From assembly GCA_965644315.1 (NCBI GenBank), contig CBFFRQ010000089.1, forward strand, positions 124,001 to 188,000: a DNA stretch of 64,000 nt, given 5' to 3'. Shown here in pieces: positions 1 through 9,091 of the stretch; position 1 is the stretch's first letter, and each line of letters begins with the position of its first letter. This stretch comes from Caecitellus pseudoparvulus. Lineage: Eukaryota > Protista > Bigyra: Bicosoecida. Below the pieces are notes generated by a model, which was given only the letters and a program-made list of their open reading frames with translations, did not search any database and had not been told where the DNA came from. The translations under genes and the position numbers were made by a program.

Positions 1-1
1 G

Positions 2-448
2 ACCAGCACAGGGGCCGCGCCCCCCGCCTGGTCAGACCTGGCGCCAGCGTGGTGTGCGACGTGTGACGCGTTGCGCCCGGCCGACGCAGGCGGCGCGGGT
101 GGGCCCACCACGGTGGAACACTTGGACGCGGCCGCACCACCTGCGTGGTTGCACCGCATGCGACAGGGGGACCTGGAGAGTTGCACCCGCTCCACAGGCC
201 CAGCCGCAGGGCATGAGCCATGCTGGCTGTGGGTGGCTGCCGCCGCGTGGGCAGCGCACGGCTTGTCAGGCCGTGCGCTGCGGAAGCTCCCGTTTCAAGC
301 ACACTCATTCCACGTTCAAGTGGCCGCAGCAGTGCCGGTGGAAGTCATGGCCGAGGCTGTCTTCCGTGCCGCACTGCACGAACAGGCTGCGCGGGAAGAC
401 CTGACGCGGGACAGCAGCACAAAGCTGAAGGATGCCCTGGCCAAGTGA
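2..448 (+). CDS. PCH2: Pachytene checkpoint protein 2 / TRIP13 AAA+ ATPase, 3' end (5' part outside window)
   Basis: The frame is open from position 2 to TGA at 446-448. It contains GLSGRALRKLPFQAHSFHV, matching the TRIP13/PCH2 C-terminal signature GLSGRxLRKLPFxAH. Confidence 0.8.
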   Translation, partial: TSTGAAPPAWSDLAPAWCATCDALRPADAGGAGGPTTVEHLDAAAPPAWLHRMRQGDLESCTRSTGPAAGHEPCWLWVAAAAWAAHGLSGRALRKLPFQAHSFHVQVAAAVPVEVMAEAVFRAALHEQAAREDLTRDSSTKLKDALAK

Positions 449-473
449 ATTGCACCCACCACCCGGGACGGAG

Positions 474-1531
474 TCACACCAGCACGCCATCATACACCAT
501 GTCAACAAAGGAAGGGTACTCCAGCCTGCCGTCCGCCGTGTGGGGGAAGCGCTGGAACAACTCGCTGCACTCTGACAGGGTCAGCGGCACCCCGAGCTGC
601 GCCAGCACCTTTCGACTGGAGGCAAGGTCCGTGGACCCTGTGCCCTCTTCATCAAAGTATCTGAACGCCCGCAGGAGTCTCTGAGGCTCCGTCTCCCGGG
701 CATTGCGCTTTTGCTCGCACTTCTCTCGGATGATGCGGAGGAAGCGCTGCACGCGCTCCTCCGCTTTGGCATCGCCGTCCGCCTCAGGCACCTGCCACAC
801 ACGCTGCAGCATGTCCACGAAAAATTCATCTGACGGCATGGTGCAGTGCAAGTCCGCGTAGTAGCTCAGGAAGTCGCTCTGCGCCACAGTGTCTGGCAGC
901 CCGCATGCAAGGTGCGACGCGACGTCTTCGGCTGTCTTCTGCCCTGCTGCAACGTCTGGATACGCATGGGGATGGAATGCAGCCAGGACCTGGTCCCGGC
1001 TCAACGTGACAGAGCCGGGGTCAATGTCAGGGTTTGTAAACTCGTCATACAGGTGGCGCACGGCCAGGTGCTCCCACACCTTTAGCAGCATGCGCTCCCG
1101 TCTGGCGGGCAGCGGGGTTGTCAGCGCCGCCAACACCTCTGAGATGCACACGTGCCCCGTGCGGTCTGGGTCGTACACTCGCATCATGGCTGAAAGGTGG
1201 TGCTTGGTTAGGAAGACGCCTGCGAGCCACCGGGGTGAGACTGTGGCTTGCATGCGTGCTACAGCTCACCCAGCACACACGCACCCAAGTGAGTCAGCGC
1301 TTCATTCAGCTCCTCCTGGTCGAGAAGCCCACTGTCTGCGCATTAGGCCCTTGCATTGTGTGCTCGCTGTGCTGCGCTCTGGGCCTGCGCGGCAGACCCA
1401 CCTCCCACGTCAGCCTTGCCCAGCACTTCCTGCATGCGGCCCAGTCCCATGTAGCCTTTGACGAACAGATCCTGACGCACCGAGTCGAGGACGGCGCGAG
1501 TGACAGCCTGAGGTGAGAAAGCGTCTGCCAT
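474..1531 (-). CDS. Calcyphosin-like EF-hand protein (3 exons)
   Basis: ATG at 1531, with GT-AG introns at 1336-1401 and 1220-1284. Splicing rebuilds the EF loop DVGDSGLLDQEEL. Other loops are YDPDRTGHVCISEV and FDEEGTGSTDL. The HPHAYPDV...FLSYYADL...DEFFVDMLQRVW segment is typical of calcyphosins. Confidence 0.8.
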
Positions 1532-2175
1532 GGCTCGGGGCTGCGGAAATCGAGCAAGTCAACCCGCCACGCGTGTGTTGCGGTTCGAGCTTGGCTCAGC
1601 CAGGAGGCTTCCGAATCCTTGCGCAAGCAATGTGGAAGACAGCCTTTGGTGTAAGTGCGCGGCTTGTTTGTTGAAGAGGGGAATAGCCAGCCACATCTCC
1701 TTGTGCGCCTAACGTTGAAGCATTGAACGGCAGCGAAGGGGCAGGGGGGGGGGGGGGGTTCCGCACCCCCCCCCTGACAAGTTCATGCTTCGACCGAGCA
1801 GTGGCGCTAGCGCCTCTCCGAGCGCCCAGCACCGCACCAGGTGCTCGCTGACATGACAACATCCACACCTTGCGAAACACTCCCCCACCCCATGTGCACC
1901 CTGCTAATGCCGCGGTCCGGAGAGGCCCAGGGGCCCTGTGAGAAGGCGAAGAATACACAGGGCGTGTCTGGGATTCTGAGGGGTGTTGGGGGGGGGGTGC
2001 GTGTCCCCGTGCAGAGCGTGCATGGACAATAATAATCAATGACACATAGATAGAACCCCCACTGATGACCTTGCGAGAGTGTGAACACGCGTGCGAAGAG
2101 CAGTTCAGCAGCAACGAGCAGGCCGGAGCGCAAGCCCTGGCAGCAGAGTCCACCACGACAAGTGCCAGATCGAAG

Positions 2176-3429
2176 ATGAGTGATTGGGTGACGGAGGCAC
2201 CAGAGGGAGTGTTCCAGCACCCCGAGGCACATCCACTGGAGGAGGATGAAGGCGAGTGGCTGCAGGAGGCGACCTTCCGCGGGCTGCCAGCTGCGTTCGA
2301 CGCTGGAGTTGTTGGCGGAGGGGAGCTGGAGGCCGCTGAGGTGTCCGCGGGCGTTCCTGGCAACGCCAAGGTACCGGGCGGCCTTGCGGGCATTGACGCC
2401 AGCTTCAGCGGGAAGAGTGGCGTGCAGGGAGGCATGCCTGCGGTGCCGGTGGCGGTGGTGCTGTCCCGGACCAAGTTCAGCGTCCCTGCGAAGGCCGGCG
2501 TTTCTGTCGGGCAGCGCGCAGCGGAAGTGCTGCAGACGGCCAAAGTGTGCCTGAAGGAGATGCGGGCAACCCTGTCGACTGAGGGCATGCCGTACGCTGT
2601 GTTGGGCACTGTGTACGACGACGTGACGTACTCCAGCACCGTGTTCGAGGTGGCCGTGCTGCGGTCGTCCAGTTCGAGCGAGGAGCTGGTTGTGGATGTG
2701 ACGCGGCGAAGCGGGGATGCCTTCCTGTTCGGGGACGCCTACCGTCGTCTGGCGGGGAAGGTGCTGGACATGCTGGGTCTGCCCGAGGAGAGCACTCCCT
2801 TCGGCGTGATGCGTGGCGAGGAGTGCGGGGGCCTGAACCGGGGCCTGAGCGTGCCGCAGCTGCCGGCATCCTTCGTGGCCAAGTACGGGGACTGCACTGG
2901 GGTGAAGGCGAACGCGTACCGCGCCCCGAGCGATGCCCCTGCGAGGCCGGCACTGGCACCCAGCACAAGCGAGAGCGAGGACCCGCCCAGCAGCTCTGTG
3001 GATGGGCAGGTGTCTGAGATGCTGTCTGCGGCACAGGGCGAGAGTGACGAGGACTACGAGCAAGTGTTGTGCGGCGCCCGCCAGCTGTGCGAGGCCGTGA
3101 TGGAGGACACGGAGCAGGCGATGTCAGTGCCGGCGGAGGGGACGGTGACGGCAGCGTTGATCGGGTCAGGGGAGCACCTGCGGAAGTTGGCGTCCGTCGT
3201 GGAGAGCGTCGTGGCAAGTCCGACGACGGAGTTGCTGATGCCGGTGTGCGTGTCTGCGTGCGTGGCGTTGAGCATGATGCCGGCGTCACAGAGCGATGAT
3301 GACGTGGCTGCGGGGCGGCAGGCAGTGCGGGGTGCGCTGTCTGCGCTGGCGGAGTGTCCCCTTGCGAAGTCTGGTGTGATGCCTCAGCACGTGCAGGACG
3401 CGATGCGCGAGGTGTTGAGCAGCGCGTAG
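2176..3429 (+). CDS. Intronless protein with KA1-like domain and helical C-terminus (copy 1)
   Basis: The ORF is open from 2065. The likely start is MSDWVTEAP at 2176, because the upstream ATG is GTG in copy 2. FEVAVLRS...LVVDVTRRSGDAFLFGDAYRRL resembles the KA1/AMPK-family C-terminal regulatory domain motif (RxxGDxxxF). Confidence 0.65.
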   Translation: MSDWVTEAPEGVFQHPEAHPLEEDEGEWLQEATFRGLPAAFDAGVVGGGELEAAEVSAGVPGNAKVPGGLAGIDASFSGKSGVQGGMPAVPVAVVLSRTKFSVPAKAGVSVGQRAAEVLQTAKVCLKEMRATLSTEGMPYAVLGTVYDDVTYSSTVFEVAVLRSSSSSEELVVDVTRRSGDAFLFGDAYRRLAGKVLDMLGLPEESTPFGVMRGEECGGLNRGLSVPQLPASFVAKYGDCTGVKANAYRAPSDAPARPALAPSTSESEDPPSSSVDGQVSEMLSAAQGESDEDYEQVLCGARQLCEAVMEDTEQAMSVPAEGTVTAALIGSGEHLRKLASVVESVVASPTTELLMPVCVSACVALSMMPASQSDDDVAAGRQAVRGALSALAECPLAKSGVMPQHVQDAMREVLSSA

Positions 3430-3947
3430 TGGTATTGGAATAGTTTTTTGTTAGCGAATGCAGAGAGAGTAGCGAGTCACGGTGTGTGTGTGTGTGTGGG
3501 CAGTCAGCAGCAGCAGCGGGAGGAGCAACGGGTGCTGGTGGGCGAGGCTGCACACGCCACGTTGCCGGAGCAGTGGCGCTAGCGCCTCTCCGAGCGCCCA
3601 GCACCGCACCAGGTGCTCGCTGACATGACAACATCCACACCTTGCGAAACACTCCCCCACCCCATGTACACCCTGCTAATGCCGCGGTCCGGAGAGGCCC
3701 AGGGGCCCTGTGAGAAGGCGAAGAATACACAGGGCGTGTCTGGGATTCTGAGGGGTGTTGGGGGGGGGGTGCGTGTCCCCGTGCAGAGCGTGCATGGACA
3801 ATAATAATCAATGACACATAGATAGAACCCCCACTGGTGACCTTGCGAGAGTGTGAACACGCGTGCGAAGAGCAGTTCAGCAGCAACGAGCAGGCCGGAG
3901 CGCAAGCCCTGGCAGCAGAGTCCACCACGACAAGTGCCAGATCGAAG

Positions 3948-5201
3948 ATGAGTGATTGGGTGACGGAGGCACCAGAGGGAGTGTTCCAGCACCCCGAGGC
4001 ACATCCACTGGAGGAGGATGAAGGCGAGTGGCTGCAGGAGGCGACCTTCCGCGGGCTGCCAGCTGCGTTCGACGCTGGAGTTGTTGGCGGAGGGGAGCTG
4101 GAGGCCGCTGAGGTGTCCGCGGGCGTTCCTGGCAACGCCAAGGTACCGGGCGGCCTTGCGGGCATTGACGCCAGCTTCAGCGGGAAGAGTGGCGTGCAGG
4201 GAGGCATGCCTGCGGTGCCGGTGGCGGTGGTGCTGTCCCGGACCAAGTTCAGCGTCCCTGCGAAGGCCGGCGTTTCTGTCGGGCAGCGCGCAGCGGAAGT
4301 GCTGCAGACGGCCAAAGTGTGCTTGAAGGAGATGCGGGCAACCCTGTCGACTGAGGGCATGCCATACGCTGTGTTGGGCACTGTGTACGACGACGTGACG
4401 TACTCCAGCACCGTGTTCGAGGTGGCCGTGCTGCGGTCGTCCAGTTCGAGCGAGGAGCTGGTTGTGGATGTGACGCGGCGAAGCGGGGATGCCTTCCTGT
4501 TCGGGGACGCCTACCGTCGTCTGGCGGGGAAGGTGCTGGACATGCTGGGTCTGCCCGAGGAGAGCACTCCCTTCGGCGTGATGCGTGGCGAGGAGTGCGG
4601 GGGCCTGAACCGGGGCCTGAGCGTGCCGCAGCTGCCGGCATCCTTCGTGGCCAAGTACGGGGACTGCACTGGGGTGAAGGCGAACGCGTACCGCGCCCCG
4701 AGCGATGCCCCTGCGAGGCCGGCACTGGCACCCAGCACAAGCGAGAGCGAGGACCCGCCCAGCAGCTCTGTGGATGGGCAGGTGTCTGAGATGCTGTCTG
4801 CGGCACAGGGCGAGAGTGACGAGGACTACGAGCAAGTGTTGTGCGGCGCCCGCCAGCTGTGCGAGGCCGTGATGGAGGACACGGAGCAGGCGATGTCAGT
4901 GCCGGCGGAGGGGACGGTGACGGCAGCGTTGATCGGGTCAGGGGAGCACCTGCGGAAGTTGGCGTCCGTCGTGGAGAGCGTCGTGGCAAGTCCGACGACG
5001 GAGTTGCTGATGCCGGTGTGCGTGTCTGCGTGCGTGGCGTTGAGCATGATGCCGGCGTCACAGAGCGATGATGACGTGGCTGCGGGGCGGCAGGCAGTGC
5101 GGGGTGCGCTGTCTGCGCTGGCGGAGTGTCCCCTTGCGAAGTCTGGTGTGATGCCTCAGCACGTGCAGGACGCGATGCGCGAGGTGTTGAGCAGCGCGTA
5201 G
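3948..5201 (+). CDS. Intronless protein with KA1-like domain (copy 2, identical protein)
   Basis: Duplicate of 2176-3429; only synonymous differences seen in the CDS. Confidence 0.65.
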   Translation: MSDWVTEAPEGVFQHPEAHPLEEDEGEWLQEATFRGLPAAFDAGVVGGGELEAAEVSAGVPGNAKVPGGLAGIDASFSGKSGVQGGMPAVPVAVVLSRTKFSVPAKAGVSVGQRAAEVLQTAKVCLKEMRATLSTEGMPYAVLGTVYDDVTYSSTVFEVAVLRSSSSSEELVVDVTRRSGDAFLFGDAYRRLAGKVLDMLGLPEESTPFGVMRGEECGGLNRGLSVPQLPASFVAKYGDCTGVKANAYRAPSDAPARPALAPSTSESEDPPSSSVDGQVSEMLSAAQGESDEDYEQVLCGARQLCEAVMEDTEQAMSVPAEGTVTAALIGSGEHLRKLASVVESVVASPTTELLMPVCVSACVALSMMPASQSDDDVAAGRQAVRGALSALAECPLAKSGVMPQHVQDAMREVLSSA

Positions 5202-5459
5202 TGGTATTGGAATAGTTTTTTGTTAGCGAATGCAGAGAGAGTAGCGAGTCACGGTGTGTGTGTGTGTGTGGGCAGTCAGCAGCAGCAGCGGGAGGAGCAA
5301 CGGGTGCTGGTGGGCGAGGCTGCACACGCCACGTTGCCGGAGCGGTGGCGCTAGTGCCTCTCCGAGCGCCCAGCACCGCACCAGGTGCTCGCTGACATGA
5401 CAGCATGTTGCACAAGGAATGTCAACACAAAAAGCATAACTTTTTCGCCTCATATATCG

Positions 5460-5465
5460 AAAAAA
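5460..5465 (-). terminator. Pol III oligo-T terminator of tRNA-Arg
   Basis: A run of six T on the minus strand lies 5 nt after the tRNA discriminator base. Confidence 0.7.
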
Positions 5466-5470
5466 CAATG

Positions 5471-5543
5471 CAGATGTGACGGGGGTCGAACCCGCGACCG
5501 TTTGGTTAGAAGCCAAACGCGCTAGCCACTGCGCCACACATCC
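5471..5543 (-). tRNA. tRNA-Arg (anticodon UCU), intronless
   Basis: The reverse complement GGATGTG TG GCGC AGTGGCTA GCGC G TTTGG CTTCTAA CCAAA CGGTC GCGGG TTCGACC CCCGT CACATCT G forms a 73-nt cloverleaf with anticodon TCT. Confidence 0.95.
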
Positions 5544-5825
5544 GGTAAACATTACCTTTCGTAAGAAAAATTGCGTACATAATAAAAAAGAGCATTCGTT
5601 TTGCACTATTTCCAATTTTCCCTCCTTCTTGCGGGGGCAGTGAATGGGGGCCGTGTAATTTTCGGATAGCTGGGTATCGGGAAGCCTGCAGTTTATATTT
5701 TACGATCGGATTCGTCGTAGACGCCTGTGGGAGAGGCACGCTAGACCGGTCTTGCCCCTCCTGCCTGCTGGTTTCCTGACTACTTCGAATCGCGGCAGGC
5801 GCTGCAGTGTACGACTCCTGCTGGC

Positions 5826-8723
5826 ATGGACAGACGGGCATACACAAAGGCTGCACGTCTGGTGTGGCAAGCTGCGGCTGGTCGGCCCCAGTGCCTGCCA
5901 GGGCGTGCTTTTCTCAGACCGTCCCTGGAGCAATTTCCGCTGCGAGCTCGGCCGTGTGTCGCCAGTGTGCCTGCGGCTGGGGTGCACTCCACCGCATCCC
6001 CCCCGCGTGATCCCGACCAAAGCAAGCCAGGTTCAGTAGGAGGTCTAGCTGCGTTCCTCAGGCGCCAGGCGCAGGAGACTCCCCGCGTGCCGCTTGTGGA
6101 GGTCAGCGTCGGCCCCGGTCCATGGGAGGAGGCCAGCCACGTGCCAGGGGACCCAAAGTGGGACTTCTCCCGCGTGCCTTCCCTGGCTGCAAACTACTCC
6201 TCCCCGACCCAGGGCCTGCGAGGCTTCACGTGGGCCGCCTCACACCTGCCTCGCCTGGGGGCAGTGCGGGACGCAGACCTGCGCGCCCAGGCCGGCTCCC
6301 TGCTCACCAAGCTCAACCGGGAAGCCCTCACGCCAGCCACAGCCAGCGCCGTCGTCGCTGCAGTGGTCGCCACGGGCCAGCGCAGCTCGGCGCCCAGCAC
6401 CGACGTCTCCTCCGCCGTCGCGCAGCTGGTGGCCCACCTCCTGGCTCGCAAGCGCTTCGAGGATGGGCGGCTGCTGGCGGACACGGGCGTGGCGGCGGGC
6501 CTGCGCAGCGCCCTGCTGGACCAGCTCGCCGTCGTGGCGGCGCTGATGGCTGGCGGCGGTCCGGCTCTGGAGCCTGCCTTGGCGGCGTTGCAGGGTGCGG
6601 GGCGGGCGCTGGATGTGGCGTTTTGGCGGGGCGTGGCGGAGGGGGTGCGGGGTGCCCCCCACATGTCAGTGCTGCTGCCCCTGGCGCCCTTCCTCCTGCA
6701 GTTGCCAGCGGAGGAGCTGGGCGCCACCGCCATCACCAGTGTACTGCTTGCCGCTCTGCACGGCGGCAGTGCGCAGTGGGCTGGCCAGGCGCTGGATGTG
6801 CTGGGGGGGGTGGTGCAGGGGGGCGTGCCCGGTTGGTGGGAGGGGGGTGGGGGTGACCACCTCACACCCCGCACTCGGCTCCTGGTGTGGGCTGTGCTGG
6901 ATGCGCTGGCCATGGGCGTGCACCAGGCAACCCCTGCCTTTGGGGGGTATGAGGGGGGCTCCCGCCCGGGGCACTTCAACACCGCTGGCGCAGCCTTTAA
7001 CGGCTTGCTAGCCCTGGCAGCGCAGGAGGATTTCTCTGCTGTCCCGCTCTGGGCAGCCCTCAGCTCACGCCTGCTGTCTGCAGGCGTGGTGGCACTGCCC
7101 GCCCCCTCCCCCTGGCTCAGGCAGTGCACGCCCAAGCCAGCACCACGCCCGGCGCAAGAGGCGGAGGCTGCGGCAGCCTTGGACCCCACCTTGCGCCCAG
7201 TGCCCTGGCCCCGCAGCAGCAGTCGCGGCAATGTGCCGCTGGATGCCATGGTGGCGGTGGCGGTGGACCAGGGGCAGAAGGCGGCTGCCGGTGGGGGCGC
7301 CGCCCCACCCCTCACGCCCGGGGCTATGCAAAAGCTCGCAGCTCTCTGCACAACAGGCCATGATGGGTGTTCGCTGGAGACCTTGGCGTGGGTGGTGCAG
7401 GCACGACCTCGCATCGTGCCCCTGCTGCACGACGGCGCCTGCCGCAGCTCCGAGGCGGAGGTGCCAGCGGGGCTGCTGGTGCAGGGGGACGTGACGGAGG
7501 GGTGTGCAGGGGGGCCCTCACACCCCTCCGTCACCTACCTCTACGCCCTCCTTCGCACCGCCCCGCCAGCAGTGGCCCTGACACCTTGGCACGACACAGT
7601 GCGTCGCTGCGCGCGCGTGGCAAGGGAAGGAGAGGCCCTGGCGCCAGTGCCCGGCTCGCCGCTGTTCCTAGCTCCCGACGTGTTCAGGGCTGGCTTCGCC
7701 GCCCTCACTGCCCTGCCCACCCCCCAGCACGAGGCCGCCCAGCCCGCCTTGCACCCCGCCCTCGCGGCAGTGACCTTGCATGTGGATGGCAGCATCGCCT
7801 GGCACGCCGACGCCGTGGCGGAACAAGCTGAGGCCGGGCACGTGGAGAACGCTGTGGCGTTGGTGGCCCAGCTGGGCGCTGTGACGTCTGGCGCCCAGCG
7901 TGCCGCGTTGCGCATGGGCGCCGTGACGGCAGTGGCGCTGCTGAGCAGCTCGCTGGTGGGGGCCTGGCGCCGCCTGCGCCACTCTGCACTGCCCACTGCC
8001 GCCCCTGCCACATGGGCGGAGCTGACCAGCGAAGTGCTGGTGCAGCTGGGGCAGGGCGTGGAGTTTGCGGCGGGGATGGGGCCACACGCCGCACTCGCGG
8101 GGCCATCGGGCGGCGCCGGCGCCCCCCCCCTGCTCTTCACAAGCCCGCCAGACCACCAGACAACAGGCGCAAGCGCGGTGGACGCGTCGCTGCGTGCGCT
8201 GCGGTTGGCCTGCGCCGGCGCCCTGCGCGTGGAGGGTGGCACGTCCGCCCCCCTGGATCCGGCGGCAGCCGAATCCGCGGCAGCACTGCGGGGCCTCGCC
8301 AGCGCCATGGCCGAGTTGGCCGCTGTGCCAGGCGTGCCGCTGCAGCGCATTGTGCAGGTGGTGCTGGCGCTGGACTGCGCAGATCAGCTGCCTGGCCTGC
8401 TCTCCCCGGCAGCGGCGCAGCAGAGGGGCCCGTCTGACGACCCGCCGCCCTGCTCAGCGACTGCCTTCCTGGACCTGGTGCAGCTGTGCCAGGCATCCCT
8501 GGCTGCGGATGAGCGGCGTGGGGGTGGGCCTGCGGGCTTGCCGTGGATTCATGCCCGTTCCCTGGCCCTCGTCTTGCTACGGTGGGTGGCGGCGGGGGCG
8601 GTGGAGCCCTCCACGCCGGATATGCCGCGGCACATCTCAGAGCTGGCCAGTGCCGTGACTGCTGCAGAGGAGCGACGCCTGGCACGTGGCAAGCGCGGCG
8701 CAGGGACAGCGCATGGCAAGTAG
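5826..8723 (+). CDS. Uncharacterised 965-aa Ala/Leu-rich helical protein, probable mitochondrial presequence
   Basis: Long intronless ORF, ATG to TAG. The N-terminus is Arg-rich and nearly acid-free (MDRRAYTKAARLVWQ...GVHST). No recognisable domain. Confidence 0.65.
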   Translation: MDRRAYTKAARLVWQAAAGRPQCLPGRAFLRPSLEQFPLRARPCVASVPAAGVHSTASPPRDPDQSKPGSVGGLAAFLRRQAQETPRVPLVEVSVGPGPWEEASHVPGDPKWDFSRVPSLAANYSSPTQGLRGFTWAASHLPRLGAVRDADLRAQAGSLLTKLNREALTPATASAVVAAVVATGQRSSAPSTDVSSAVAQLVAHLLARKRFEDGRLLADTGVAAGLRSALLDQLAVVAALMAGGGPALEPALAALQGAGRALDVAFWRGVAEGVRGAPHMSVLLPLAPFLLQLPAEELGATAITSVLLAALHGGSAQWAGQALDVLGGVVQGGVPGWWEGGGGDHLTPRTRLLVWAVLDALAMGVHQATPAFGGYEGGSRPGHFNTAGAAFNGLLALAAQEDFSAVPLWAALSSRLLSAGVVALPAPSPWLRQCTPKPAPRPAQEAEAAAALDPTLRPVPWPRSSSRGNVPLDAMVAVAVDQGQKAAAGGGAAPPLTPGAMQKLAALCTTGHDGCSLETLAWVVQARPRIVPLLHDGACRSSEAEVPAGLLVQGDVTEGCAGGPSHPSVTYLYALLRTAPPAVALTPWHDTVRRCARVAREGEALAPVPGSPLFLAPDVFRAGFAALTALPTPQHEAAQPALHPALAAVTLHVDGSIAWHADAVAEQAEAGHVENAVALVAQLGAVTSGAQRAALRMGAVTAVALLSSSLVGAWRRLRHSALPTAAPATWAELTSEVLVQLGQGVEFAAGMGPHAALAGPSGGAGAPPLLFTSPPDHQTTGASAVDASLRALRLACAGALRVEGGTSAPLDPAAAESAAALRGLASAMAELAAVPGVPLQRIVQVVLALDCADQLPGLLSPAAAQQRGPSDDPPPCSATAFLDLVQLCQASLAADERRGGGPAGLPWIHARSLALVLLRWVAAGAVEPSTPDMPRHISELASAVTAAEERRLARGKRGAGTAHGK

Positions 8724-9091
8724 AATCATGTGTGGCTGTGGCGGTGGGGCGTGGAAGGGGGGGGGGCATCTGCGGCGTGTCAGATCAAGAGCGCTGTGCC
8801 ACACACACACACCCCCGTCGCCACACACAATGAACACCCCACACTCGCTACATTAGAAAGCCAGCTTTACTTTGAACTGAGTCCCCAAGCACTGCAGCAA
8901 GGCCATCTTCGTGGCACACTTGCGTGCGTGCGTGGAGCAGCACGGGGCGTGTCGAAGGGCCACGTGAAGTGACCAGTGCAGGGTGTGACGCCCTGCGGCA
9001 GTCATACACCTCAGCGCTCAGGCACACAAGCCGCCGCGCCCTGGCGTGGAAAGGCCAGGAACGATCTTTTTCAGACCTTGCTGCTGTTTCC

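Larger units (their letters stand above)
1796..5406 (+). repeat. Tandem duplication, 1772-bp period (2 full units plus a 67-bp third start)
   Basis: 1796-3567 repeats at 3568-5339. I saw only 4 substitutions: one upstream, ATG>GTG at 2065/3837, and two synonymous. The first 67 bp recur again at 5340-5406 with 3 mismatches. Confidence 0.95.

Noticed and set aside
1796-5406. LTR or tyrosine-recombinase retrotransposon interpretation
   Set aside because: There are no gag, RT, integrase or recombinase motifs and no TG...CA termini or PBS. It is kept only as a direct-repeat-flanked cassette.
1596-5415. Long minus-strand ORFs (347, 418, 644, 388 aa) over the duplicated gene
   Set aside because: These are shadow ORFs of a GC-rich CDS with no domain motifs; the copy differences are synonymous in the plus frame.
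5500-5512. Possible CUA suppressor tRNA or alternative genetic code
   Set aside because: Stem register TTTGG/CCAAA places TCT at the anticodon, so it is Arg. All three stops terminate genes normally, and I saw no in-frame stops in conserved exons.
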